Shown here: positions 24,701-37,656 of the stretch, one piece after another
How the letters are laid out: each line of letters opens with the position of its first letter
Position numbering within the stretch: position 1 is the first letter of the stretch
From: Cenococcum geophilum
Taxonomy: Eukaryota
NCBI GenBank assembly: GCA_050273025.1
Contig: CP158635.1
Location: 10,416,001 to 10,480,000 of the forward strand
Direction: 5' to 3'
Length of the DNA stretch: 64,000 nt
Position numbers and translations under genes: made by a program
Notes under the pieces: model-generated
Database searches by the model: none
The model's input: only the letters and a program-made list of their open reading frames with translations
Told to the model about the DNA's origin: nothing

Positions 24701-27700
24701 ACAACGTTAATAAGAAGGCAGTTAATTACCTAACCAAATACTGCTCCTTTTGCTAGAAATATAGACGTTCCCTAGGCCAATTTAAGTTCACCCTTTATAA
24801 GGACCTTAACTTTAACCACTTAGTGTATATAGACATTATATATATTAACGGTAGCCTAGTATTACACATAATTAATAAGGCAACCCGCTACTAAGCCGCC
24901 CGTTAGTTACAAAATATATCCACAAAGCACACTTAGGATATTTTACAGACTTGCTAAATTAACACGTACGTTGGACCTCCTAAGTATATTACCCACGACG
25001 CCAATAGGAACTTTATTAGCAAGGAATTCCAGTAGTATGCTACGGCCATGGCTATATTAACAAAAGCTGTTCTAGTTAAGGCGTATTAGTCCGTTAGGCT
25101 TATTAAGCGAGCTTACCTAGCTCTACGGAGAGCTTATTAGATTATTACGGACGAGTATAAGGATATCTAAAAGGAACTAGCTTTACAGATAGCCGTAAAA
25201 GCTGTTAATAACACCGCTAGCCCTAACGGACTAGTACCTACCCTTTTAGTTTACGGAGCCTACCTAAGGATAAGTAACCTAGGCCCCCCTACCCCGTCTA
25301 TTACGGAATAAGCAGCTATAATACGGAAGGTAATAGCTGAAATAGTCAAATTACGGGCTAAATAAACTATTAATAACGCCCTATACTACCGTAACGGACC
25401 TAATACAACCTTAGTATATAACCTCCCGCTTAACTCTAAAGTCCTTATATGGCGTGAAAGCGGTAGTTAAAATGGACCTTACTATCTACTAGCCGTAGAA
25501 AACGAGATGTGCTACGTATAGCTTCCTAGCGGGCTAACTAGCTTTAAAAGCACGTCCGTAAAACCCTACTTTCGGCCCAAAAACACCCATGACGTTAAGC
25601 TAGATAAACTAGAAGCAACCACTAAACTAGATGAACTAGAAACGACTACTGAATTAAATAAACTAGAGGCACCTTTACCTATCCTAGAGGTCCCTTAGAA
25701 ACCTACTAAACCTACTAAACCTGCCGTAAAGTATAGCCGAGGACGCCCCTATAAGAATCCTGTAACGGAGAACTACTTAACCTCTATAGGCATATCCGTA
25801 AAGCAATCTCCGCCTACGGATATATCAGTTCTAGTATAGGAAACCCCTTTTACAGACTTATGGCGTAAAGAGATCAACGGACTACTTAAAAAGGGTATCT
25901 TTATGATTATAACGGAGAGAGACGTTCCGCAAGGCGTCCGTATATTTAACTTACGCTTTATTAATAAGATTAAGCACCCTAGTACTAATAAAGCCTTTAA
26001 GAAATTAAGGCTTATTATATAAGCTTATAACAACTAGGGAAAGGACCTAGTCCTTACGCAATCGCCTACAATTTAATGGGTCAGTTAACGGATTATACTC
26101 GTACTTACGCCTAGACTATAGTAAACTAAATTCGTAGCCCTTTACTTACGGGACATCTTATAAGCCTATATATAGTCTAATACCTACCTAAATAGGGATA
26201 TCTTTATATAACTACCCTATAAGCTTAACCTATAACCAGAAATAATTTTACGGGTTATAAAATCTCTTTATGGAGTACCAGAAGCCAAAAACCATTGGTT
26301 TAAGACATACTACTAGCACTACGTTAGTAAACTTAAAATGGAATAGTTAACCTACAACCCCTGCCTCCTATACAGCCTATTAAACGGCCTTAGTATTATT
26401 AGACTCCAAATAGATAATACCCTCTTCTTAGCAGACCGGATATTTGCGGACGCTAAAGAGACTAAACTATAAGAAGCTAAGTTCCTAGCAAAGCCGCGAG
26501 AGCAGTTAATTAAGTAGACTCTAATTAAGTTTAACGGAGGCTTAATTATATAAAAGGGCAACTTAATCTAGCTAACCTAGGAACGCTAAGCTTAAAACCT
26601 AAAGCTTATTATAGCAAAGCCTACGGACCTCACCAATTCCCACAGAGAGACCCGTAAGACTATAAATACAAAAGACTAATACGCTGCACAGCGTGCAAGA
26701 GGCGCCTATATTGCCACAGTCTACTAACCTAAATCTGCCTACAACTTATCCTTTACGGCCTAGGTAGTAAATCCGTAAAAAGAAAATATTAAGCAGCTTA
26801 ATAAGCGTATTTAGTGGCAAATTAACAATACAGCAAGGGGACTTACTTTTGTACCACTAGACCTAAGTTTCCTTAGCTTACTAGCATTTACGGACGCCTC
26901 CTTTACCAATAATAAAGACCTATTATCACAAATCGGCTTTATAATTGTACTTACGGACCGTAATTAGGACGCAAATATACTATACTAGTCTTTAATTAAG
27001 TGCAAACAAGTAACCCGTAGTATACTAGCTTCTAAACTATATACACTAGCTTATGGATTTAATATAGCAGCCGTAATTAAATTAACAGTCTAGAAGATTT
27101 TATAACTAGAGTAGTTACCCCTAGTTTTATGCACTAATTTAAAGTCCCTTTATAACTGCCTAGTTAAACTAGGTACAATATAAGAGAAGAGGCTTATAGT
27201 CGACCTAATATGCTTACGTTAGGCCTATAAATAACATAAGATTATGGAGGTTAAATAGATTAGCAGCAGAGACAACCTAGCGGACGCTATAACTAAGGCA
27301 AAGCTATATTAAGCCCTTAAAACCCTAATTAACACAAATAAGCTTAACCTAAAAGTTATAGAATAGGTAGAACGGGACTAACGGAGTACCTATAGTACGC
27401 CTACGGCCCGTTAAAAGGCCGTACGGCTCATTATACGGCCTATTCTATGGACCGTAAGCTATCAGGTGAAAAAACGGTGGAAAGCTGTAATAAAACTTGG
27501 TGGACTTACGTAACCTGCCAAATTCTACCATATTCTGCCACAGTAGTTAAATTAACTAATCACGATTTTCCATACCAGGCATGGAAAATCGCCATTAGCT
27601 CGCTTAGCACTAGCGCCTTAGCGGCCCTTAAAATCTAACTTACTGCCCATTAAAAGGCCATACGGTTTATTTTACGGACCGTAAGCAGGACTTACGGCCA

Positions 27701-28087
27701 GCTTAAGGTACCGTTTAAAAGGCAGCCTAGACAGCACCTTAGGGGAGATTTTCTATATATTTTCCTTTATATTCTATAGTTTTATTAAAGCAATTACGGA
27801 GGCTATATACAGGTGGTTTCATTTTTTAAGTACTGCCAGTATATAATTACAGCACCTGTTATACCAAACGCGTGCTTACGCGTTTACGCGTTCAGTACAC
27901 TAACCACTTACTTACGCGTCTGGTGCACTTATAAAGCACTAACTAATTAGGGGGGAGGTGCATTAGTATATAGACTACGTAGTCTGCTTTATATAATCGA
28001 CAGTCACCATCTAAACAAGCATACGATACTATATGTATTTCGTGCCCATAGATACAACTCACTTATGCTATTAAGTTAGTATAAACA
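21721..28087 (+). mobile_element. Ty1/Copia family B, full-length and RIP-inactivated
   Basis: 248-bp LTRs 21721-21968 and 27840-28087. TSD gtatc. Single gag-pol at ~22131-27381 with CCHC 'CFVCGKEGY*S', PR 'INTGA', RT 'QSPTI', 'RDIL*AY' and 'LQIDNTL' (QTDD-type), and RH 'FTDASF' and 'ADAITK'. Confidence 0.95.
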
Positions 28088-31000
28088 GTATCTTTAGTGC
28101 TAGGCTAAATACTCTCCTTTTATCCCTAGGGGATCTTTCTAAATTCCTAAGGCCACTTTTTATAGTACTACTGCTCCTTCTTAAATAGCGTCTCCTTTAA
28201 ACAGTATCCCTAGTAGTTCTCCTATAGATCCCTATAGGCTTCCTCTTATAGAATTTTAGGATCCCTATTATAATAGCGAAATATTTCTATTTTTAATGCC
28301 TATACTTAATCCTATAGTTTTAATTTATAGGGTCTTCCCTATTGCTTTACCTATAGCATATCTAGAACCTTTTCTAAATCTTTACCTTTAGTTCTTAGGA
28401 AGGTTTTAATTATAGTATTATATCCTAGCTAAAGGTACTCCTTAGGTTCCTAACTATTATACGCCTAAGAGTATCCTTCCCAACAAACTAAAAATTCGCG
28501 CTTTTTTTAGCGCCATCTTTAGTCTAAAATATCTTCTACATTCTATTCTAGTTCCCTATTAATTTTGCTAGGTAGGGGCAGTTCTGCACTATTTTTCCTC
28601 CGGTATAGCTTTAGTAAGGAAACATAAAATATGGGATATATTAAATAAGATTTCGGTAATTCCAATTTATAGGCTTAGTTTCCTTTAGTTTTCTTAACTA
28701 TTTTAAAGGGTTTAAGCTACTGGTGATCCAGCTTCTTCTTAATGCGTTTTATTTAGATATTTTTTATAGATAATAAGACTTCGTCTTCTATCTTAAATTC
28801 TTTTAGTATATATTTTTCGTTATAGTACCTTTTTTATATAGCCTAGGCGTCTAGTAAGTGCTTTTTAAGTTCCTCTCTACGAATTCTTATCTATTTAATT
28901 CTTTTAGATGCTACCGGTGCCTTTCTTTTAGGAATAATATCCTTAATATTCTAGGGGTTATTTACTTTTACCCCAAATAATACTTTATAAGGGGTTATTT
29001 TTATACTACTATAGATGCTTATATTATATACGTACTACGCTAAAGCTAACTATAATGTCTAATTATCCTGTTAATAATTAATATAGTAGCGGAGGCAGTA
29101 TTCCAATAACGCATTTAGACGCTCTGTTAGCTTGTCTATTTATAGGTAGAAGGTAGTACTTATCCTTTACTATATTTTTAATAAGAGACAGAATAAAAAC
29201 TAAAATATACTATTAAATACGGTACCTCTATTAGATATAATTCCCCTTAGCATACTAAATAAGAGCCACCGTTCTAAAAACAGGTCTACTAGTTCTACTA
29301 CTATAATCGTTATTATAATAGTAAAGTATCCTAAAAACTTTATATACCTATTAATAATTACTAAGATAGTATTAGTAACCTCTTTAGTTCTTATCTTAGT
29401 AGGGAGTAAGCCTATAATAAAATCTATTGTTAATTCTAATATAGGTCCCTATAGAATAGGAAGCACTAATAACTTACTATATAGGCGATGCCTAGATATC
29501 TATATCCTTTAGTATGTATTACACCTTAATATATAGTCCTTAACCTCTTTAGATATTCCGTCCTAAAAGTATTTCCTTTAAATAGCCTTAAGGGTTCTAT
29601 TAGCACCGTAGTAACCCCTAAAAAGGTTATTATAGAAAACCTTTAAATTTTTGTCTTAAATTACTTAGTCCTTTAGGATATATATAGCACCCTTAAGGCA
29701 TAATAAACCCTTTTAGTCTTGCTGCTATAGCTTCTTAGTAACTCTAGCTAAGTTAGTCTTTATTATATCTTTCCACCTCTCCCTAAAGGTAAAGGCGTCC
29801 CTTTATTAAGCTTAAAGAAGAAAATTTAGAAAGGTTTTATATAGATTACTTACTTTTATTTTACCTACCACTATTATAAACTTAAGGCGTAGCATAAGAC
29901 GTTTTAAACTATTAATGCCAGTAAATTCTCCTACTATTATATAGTATACTACGCTATAAATAGGTATCTCGCCTATTCCCCTTAGATCTAAAAACTCGCA
30001 GCTAATACGCCGTTAAGTTAAAGGTGCCGCGATACCTCTAGCACATCCTATAGAATTTTTACTAATTTTAGGGTACGCTAACTTTATAATATCTACTTGG
30101 TTTATAACCTAGTTTATAACTATATTCTACGGCTCTATAATTATATTACTTTACAGCTATATTACTAGGACCTCTACCCTATTACAAAATTCTATAGTTC
30201 TAGGGAAAGAGTCTTCTATTTTCCTAAGCAAATTTTGCAATATAAGGATTATTTCCCCTATATTGTCCTAGATCCTCTCTATCTTATAATTTAGATATCT
30301 TAATAACCTATTAGCAGGATTTGTCTTCCCTAGGTAGTATATAATTTTAAAGTTATACTATAATAGTGCCTTTACCTATCTTACTTATTAACTGCTTAAT
30401 ACCTTTACAGTTATAAAGTATTCTAGGTTATTATAGTTTGTAAGGACTTTAATAGGATAATTACTTCCTATATAATAATGTCGCCAGTGCTTTATTACTG
30501 CGATTATTGTAAGTAGCTCCTAGTTATGCGTTATATAATGCTACTTTATAGGGGTTATTTTCCTTAACTAAAACGCTATAGGATGCCATTCTCCGTCTTT
30601 TAATTAAGATATAATTGCCCCTAGGGTAAAGCTAGATATATCCGTTTTAAGGTATATATATAGCTTCTAGTAGAAGTATATTAGGATAGGCGCTAATATA
30701 AATAAATCCTTTAACCGGTTTATTGCCTACTTAGCAGCTTCCCTATATATAAAGGGTTTTAACTTCTTACTATTTTTAAATCTTTTTAGTAGATTAGTAA
30801 TTAGGAGTATTACTTATAAATAATAAATAATAAACCTTTGGTAGAAGTTTGCTATACCTAAGAAAACCTATACTTCTTTAAATATTATAGGGTATAGCCA
30901 TTTCCTAATAATATCTACCCGGCTTTTCTCTATTAACACTCCATTAACTCTAATAATAAAGCCTAGAAAATTAATGCTAGTGATATAGAAAGAGCATTTT

Positions 31001-33172
31001 TTTTAAGTTTATATAGAGCTTATATTCCCGTAGTCTTTCTAATACTATTTGTATGTAGTGCGTATATGCTTTATAGTTATTAGAGTAAACTATAATATTA
31101 TTAAGGTAGACTATATATATTATATTTAACAGGCCTAATAATACCTTATTAATATAGGCCTAAAATGTTACCGGTGCGTTAATAAGCCTAAATAGTATTA
31201 TTAGGTACTTAAAGTGGCCGTACCGTGTTTGGAACGCCGTTTTCCACTTATTGCCGGCTTTAATCCGGATTTAATGGTATATATCTTTACGCCTAATAGC
31301 CTATTAATAAGCTCCCCTATTAAGGGTAGCAGGTAGCAATTCTTTATAGTAATCCTATTAAGCGCCTAATAGTTAATATAGAGGCGAAGGGTTCTATCCT
31401 TCTTTAGTATAAATATAATTGGTACCCTTACCGGGCTTATAGAGGGCCAAATCTATCCTTTCTAAAGATTGTCTACTATATACTAATATAATATAGCTAG
31501 CTTGTTTTCTAATAAGTTATATAGTAGTCTAAAAGGAGGTTACTTATCCCCTATATCTATCTTATACTTAACTAATATAGGGTTAAATAAGGTTTATGTA
31601 GCCTCTTTATTAAAGACCTCTTTTAGGTCTATATATTCCTGCGGAATCTTTAGTTCCTTAACTATATATAGCCGGATATCCGAAAATAAATACCCTATGT
31701 CTTTATTCTTAGGGTTAAGAGTGGTATATATAGTATATACCCACCCTTCTTCTTATATATGGCTTAGGAAAGTCTCTTAATCCTTAATTATAATGCGTAA
31801 TTAAGACTTTTGGTGTTAATATAAGGCTAAAGGCCAATTAATATCTGGGTTAACTTAGTAAAGCTATAGGTATCCTAAAATAAAGTTATACCCCTTAATT
31901 TCTGCGGCGCAGAAGCGTATCTCCTATATATTCTATAGACCGTTGTGGTTTTAGCTAGTAATGGGAAACGTCTATTCCCTATAGTACGGAATCCGGTAGC
32001 CTCTAATACTTTAAATGGTGCGCATTTATAAGCCACTAAGGTCCAAATCTAATTCTTTTACTAGTAATTAAGAAATAAACCCTATACTTACGCCGCTGTC
32101 TATAAGGCAGTCTTATATTACTTATTTATTATTAACTTAAATAGAGACAGGAATAACTATACGGTAGTTTACTCCCTCCTTTTCTTATTAGCCTAGTATA
32201 AGGGAGTAAAGATCTACTAGGCTGTCTCTTTTCCTAATTAGGCTAACTCTTACTTCTTTTACTGGTAGAAGCGGCTTATATAGCCCTTCTTACCGCAGTT
32301 ATAACAGGTACATGTCTCCCAGTTCCCCTTTTATAGATTAGGTCTCTACCTATTATTATTTTAGAGTTAACTAGCGTTACTCTAGGGCTATAAGGCCTAC
32401 TTATATTGTCCTTTTATAGAGTGGTTAGGTCAAAATCTGCCCCTATTATTAAAGCTAGGTCTAGTCCTACGCTCTTTATTATTAGCGTCTTATTCCTTTT
32501 ACTTGCCTAAATAGTCTCTTTTAGCATTCTTAATCTAAGTAGCTTTAGAGATAAGCTTTTCTTAAGAGGTAGGAATTTCGCCCTTCTCTTATATAGCCTG
32601 TTAAATCTTAGGTTATAGCTTAGCGAGTAGCTAGTAAAGTTATATAGCGTTATTCTATAGATCTAAGTAGGGTATATTATCTTCTAGTTCTTCTAAGTAG
32701 TTTATAAACTAAACCACAGTCTAACTATCCCACTATTTAACGTTATAGTATCGCTAGTTATAGTCTATCCCTTAATTAGTAGGGTCTTAGACCTAATTAA
32801 CTAACTAGGTTCTAAGTTCGCTAAATTTAAGGGGTGTAGTAAGTTTCTTTTTATAGCGTATTTATAAACTCTTAATAGTGCTATGTAGGAAGGTAGAAGT
32901 AATTAATATCTAATTATATTTGTTAGAGTAACATTTTAGATCTAGCTAAAACTTAGTTTTATATTAATAGATAAAACAATTGTAGTTCTGGAGACTATTA
33001 CCATTATACTTATTAGGCTCCTTTATATAGAATTTAGGTTTTTCTAATGTTATAGCGTAGTATAGCGTTGCCCCTTTAAGTCCGCTTTATATCTAGGGTG
33101 TCTATACTTCTCCTAATTATCCTTATAATTATTCTTAGTAGTTTTAATATACTTATTTTAATTATATCTTTA

Positions 33173-33257
33173 GGCCGTCGAAAACGGATTCTGCACCTGT
33201 ACGTGGTGACGGCTACAAACCTGGGTCTTTGAAGTTCAGACCTAGAGCCAACGCAGA
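33173..33257 (+). ncRNA. HDV-like self-cleaving ribozyme (predicted)
   Basis: P1 GGCCGUC/GACGGCU (33173-79/33208-14, G1.U wobble). P2 UCUGC/GCAGA (33190-94/33253-57). P3 ACC/GGU. L3 UGUACGU. P1.1 GU/AC. P4 CUGGGUCU/AGACCUAG. J4/2 CCAAC with putative catalytic C33248. Confidence 0.85.
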
Positions 33258-34196
33258 GACGTTGCATAGCGCGTGCAAGTAGGACCTGGTGGTTGTGTGC
33301 GTTGTGGGGCGTAGTGAAAAGTTTTCATATGGGATGGTGAGATCTCGAAAACCACTACTGACGGTACCCCTTTATAATACAGCCACTAGTTCTCCTATTA
33401 AGCACCTATGTAATCCAACGTGGATGAATAGCTTTTAAAAGCATCCCCTAGCCCCTAATGGAAAGTATTAACGACCTTATATTGACGGACGAATGAGCGT
33501 ATAAGCAAACGAACAAACGAGTAAATATACGGCCCCTCCTAACCCTTAGGGTAGTCGCCCGCGGAGCATGCGGTTACTTGCCGTTTTTAACTACTAAATA
33601 CTACCTAGCAGCTTAGATTGCGACCCACGGTTTTCCCTATCTCCTTTTAACGGAGTGGTGACCCTTAGAGAGGGCCTAGCTGGGGCCTAGGTATAAAAGA
33701 TACCCAAATAATATAATATCCCGCTCGCTTATTAGTATTACGGTGGTTAGAACGGATGAATCCCCCTTACGCCTTTAATGGCTCTAGGGGGGGGGGAGGC
33801 AAGGCGTATATGGCAGTGGTCTATATAAGAGATAGTGTATAGGGGATGGGCAAGATATGGGACATAAAGAGACAATAAGACACAGCAATCGATTAGCAAG
33901 GCCTAGCTGGGACGTAGTGAACCCTAGCTTTGATAAGCTAGAGAAGGAAGTAGTGGTTCCTAAGGAGTTCAAAACATCTAAGGAGGAGGACGTGCAGTAG
34001 GCCTGTAGGGCCGCTGCTATATGCAAACATGGTAAATCGGGGTTTTTTATCCTACTGAGGCTGCTTATAGGGTTTTTCCTCCCCCAACTGTAGGGTTTTC
34101 TTTATGTAAATTATAAGTTTTCCCCCCTGTGACGGAGTAGTCTGCGTGGGCCAAGATAGGATCCGTATTAGACGTTAATCAAAGAACTACTACTAC
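33173..34196 (+). mobile_element. Non-autonomous non-LTR retroposon (SINE-like, 1,024 bp) with a 5' HDV-like ribozyme and (TAC)n tail
   Basis: 14-bp TSD taattatatcttta at 33159-33172 and 34197-34210. 3' end gaactactactac. No RT ORF. GC-richer than the host element. Confidence 0.85.
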
Positions 34197-37100
34197 TAAT
34201 TATATCTTTAACTCTTTTATTTTTTTATAGGGTTTTATATAGCAACCTCTTTAATAATTCCCCCGTAGTAATTATTTCTAAAGGTCTTATAAAGTTAGAT
34301 GGACTAGCCGTAGCTTCCTAGTCTACTCTTTTATAAGTAGAGGGAATATGCTCCTCTAAGGAGACTCTCTAAGCCTTCTATGGTAAGGGCGTTGCTTTAT
34401 AGGGTATAGGAGTATAGTCCGTTATTATCAATTAATAGCTATATGTTCCTAACGGATTATAAGTAATTAGAATTATAAGAGGCCAGCTTAACCGGAACGT
34501 ATAATTATCTAATTAATAGTATTACTGGTAAGTAGAAGGTAAGTTAAAGGTATATTAAAGGTAAGTAGAAGGTAGAATAAGTTTTTACGTATTAAAGGAT
34601 AAATGCTTTTAACTACTTCTATTTAGAGACTAATTGCTAGTTCTTCTCTAGAGGGGAACCAGCTTCCTATATATTCCTTTTAAGACGCTAGTAAAACCTT
34701 TTACCCTTAACCTATCTAACTATATCTTCTAGAATATAGATGGGATATAGATAAAACCTTTTACTGTCTTATCGGATATATACCTTACAGGGGATTCTAT
34801 TACAATTATTCTACTTTTTTAATACTATTATATGCCTTAACGGGGACTTTCTTAACCTTAATTACTATTGCCTTTATCTATTATTAGAACTCTATAAATA
34901 AGAAGTTCTTTTCTATATTATGGATAATTTAATTAGGGGGTCCTAAATAGACATTAATTTAGTATAATTAAAGGGTATTCTATACGTTTCTAGCTAATAT
35001 ATCTTTTAAAAAACGCGCGGCTTAGAAGGAGGTTAAGAAGTTAATAACTTAGAGTACTGGCTTGCCGCTAAGATATATAACGTTAATAATAATACAGAAG
35101 TTAAAGTTATAGTTATTTTTAAGGGTAAACTTAAATCGGCCAGGGGACTTTTAGTTTATTTAGTAGTAATAGTAGTATTTTATAAGATGCTTAATTGCTT
35201 TAACCTTAACTTTATAGCCTACTTATTAAAGAACCCTAAGTAATTAATGAATGGATAGGTGGCCAAAACGATAGTATAGTTGGCGTAATTCTGACTTAGT
35301 TAAGTGGCTCTAAGTAATACTTTTTTTAGTTAATAAAGGAGTAACTAGGGGTAACCCTACTTGCGTATAACGGGCACCTAATTATCTCCCTAAATAAGTA
35401 TATTTTTAAGGTTATTAAGCCTAACGCCTAATTTATCTATATCTTTAATATAAAATAAAAACGGAGTGTTTATAGGAATAATATGGAAGGTAATATACCC
35501 TAAGGGGGTTTAGACCCTAATTATACTAAAAGAGGTTGTAATACCCTTACTAAAACGAATTATGTGTTGGCCTGCTGTTGAATAGTTAATCTAAATAGAG
35601 CTATTAAGCTATTAAAGGGCTTAAACTTAAGGTTCTCCTACTATAGATACTCTTACGGCTTTAGTATCTAGTATAATACTATAGAAGACGTTTACCGAGT
35701 ATTTATTATTAAAAGAGAACGTAGAGCTCTTCTTTAGCTTATTAAAGATATTTAACTTTGTGATAGAATGGAGCGTAGATTGGTTATTAAGAATAGTAAC
35801 GGTTTATATGCTATCTACCTTACTATACTTAGTAAAGTATTAGTTAGGAAAGTAGTTCTTAATTTCCATATCTATAAGGAGCTGTTTAGTCTCATTAACC
35901 TTACCCTTAAGATCTTTTACGCCTTTATATTAAACTAGGAAGCTTTAAAAGTAGGCCGTAGTAACCTTATAATTTTTAATATTTCTTATACTCTAACGGA
36001 ACTTATTATATACCTCCTTTTACTTATTAAGGGAGTGTCTAGTTAACTAGTAATTTGGCTTCTTATAAATATAGTACTTTTTTTAGCAATTACTTTAAAA
36101 TAAACCTCTATAAGGACCTCTATAATTACCTTATAGTTAATATTAATTATACTCTCTTCTATATTCCCTACTACGGCCACTATATATTTAATTAGTCTAG
36201 TTATAATTATATTAGTTAGGAACGCTTAGTTAGGTAGGGCTTTTAGTATAAAACTATCAAAATTCTTATATTTATATTATAGTACCTACGGCAGAGCGTA
36301 GCTTGGTATATACTCCTTTAAATATATCTATAGGTTTATACAGCGCTAAATTGCACTTAGGAACGCTATAGTAGGCTAAGATAACCTAGTCCCTTAAGCT
36401 GTTCTTATTTTAGTAAGTTTTAGTAAGGCTATATTAGATTTTCTAAAGTTTATTAAAGAGTAGTTAAAGGCACTCTAAATAAGTCTTTATTGGGTTAAAA
36501 GCAATAACTCTCTAGAATATAGTCTCTCGCTATTTAGATATATAAAGTTGGCGATTCTTATTAGTCTTAAAGTGGGCTCTAGTAAGCTAAAGCATTATAT
36601 TAAAGCTATAGTTTTTACCCGTAATATAGTCGTAATAAAATGTTACTACCTGTCCCTTTAATATAATAGAGAAAGCGTGGTAGTACTAATAGCATTAAAT
36701 TTTAACCTTATTGCAATAGTTATAAAAGACCTGTAGTTTTACTCTAAGCATATTATATAGTTCTCCTTTAAACTTCTTCTCTTCGTCTAAATATACCTTT
36801 ATTAAATTCGTAACTTCTTATAGTAGAGACTTACCGATTAGCTGGGATGGAGGGGGTAAAGGTAGTAAAGGGGGTGGTAGAAGAGCACCTTTAGGTAGGA
36901 GAGTACCTCCTAGTAGGAGAGTACCTCTAGGTAGGGGATTAGTATTCTAGGGGTTTTAATACAAATTAAAGTTGCCTTTTAAAGAATATAGGTTAGTTTT
37001 AGGTTTCTATAGTTAACGTATAATCTTAGCTTCCGTCTATACTAGTTCTTTTATACTAATAATAACGGCCTAAATATTACTAGTAATTGGGTTACCGTTC

Positions 37101-37485
37101 TTAGTAATATATACCCCATTCCTATAGAGAAAGTCTTAAAAATCCTAAACAATATTAACGTTGCTAAGTGCCTAGGTATTAGCAGTCTATCCCATAAAAT
37201 CCTCCCTAAAATACTCCCACAGTTATAAATCGGCGTAGTGTCTATTTTAGTAGAATATAATATAGTATAGGAGAAAGCTATTAACTTATTTTACGGTATA
37301 AGTTATTATATTAAAGGCGAATTCGTCCTAATCTTTATCGATAAGTTTCGCGTACTTAGCTACCCCTAATAGTAAGGAGTCTTTCTAGTCGTTTGGCGTA
37401 GCCATGCTTTTAGAGGAAGGGAAGTATTATTAGTATAGGGATTGTTGTTTAGTACGCGTTCGTAATATATATTTATAATTATGGG

Positions 37486-37656
37486 GCTTAGGACTAGTTC
37501 TAGCCTTAAATCGCAAAGACTTATAAAGTGTGTTATTCTACGTAATAGACGTAAGAATCTATAATCTTAGAAAGGCTTAGGACTAGTTCTAGCCTTTAGA
37601 TCCCTTAGATTTGTAAAAGAGTTTTATTTAAGGTTTAGGACCAGTTCTAACCTTAA
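37486..37656. repeat. Three copies of a ~24-bp motif in the 5' leader of Copia A
   Basis: ttaggac(t/c)agttcta(g/a)cctt at ~37488, ~37577 and ~37635. Confidence 0.75.

Larger units (their letters stand above)
19700..34804 (-). mobile_element. Ty3/Gypsy chromovirus family C, full-length (~7.7 kb once both nested inserts are removed)
   Basis: 331-bp LTRs 19700-20030 and 34474-34804. TSD attgt/attat. PPT at 20031-20045. RT 'VYLNNIIVY' at ~31085-31115. Chromodomain 'REFLVCWEGYS*AYNS*EP' at ~28445-28500. Confidence 0.93.

Noticed and set aside
25595..25670. Short repeats (ctagataaactagaa-like) as a CRISPR-like array
   Set aside because: They are in-frame coding repeats in the Copia IN-RT linker, with no unique spacers, in a eukaryotic context.
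33076..33267. 63-aa minus-strand ORF
   Set aside because: It is antisense to the ribozyme and runs across the insertion junction, so it is a chance frame.
33784..34026. 80-aa minus-strand ORF in the ribozyme element
   Set aside because: It has no recognisable motif and is antisense to the element. A short plus-strand frame ending ~34000 might be a LINE ORF remnant, but I cannot support that.
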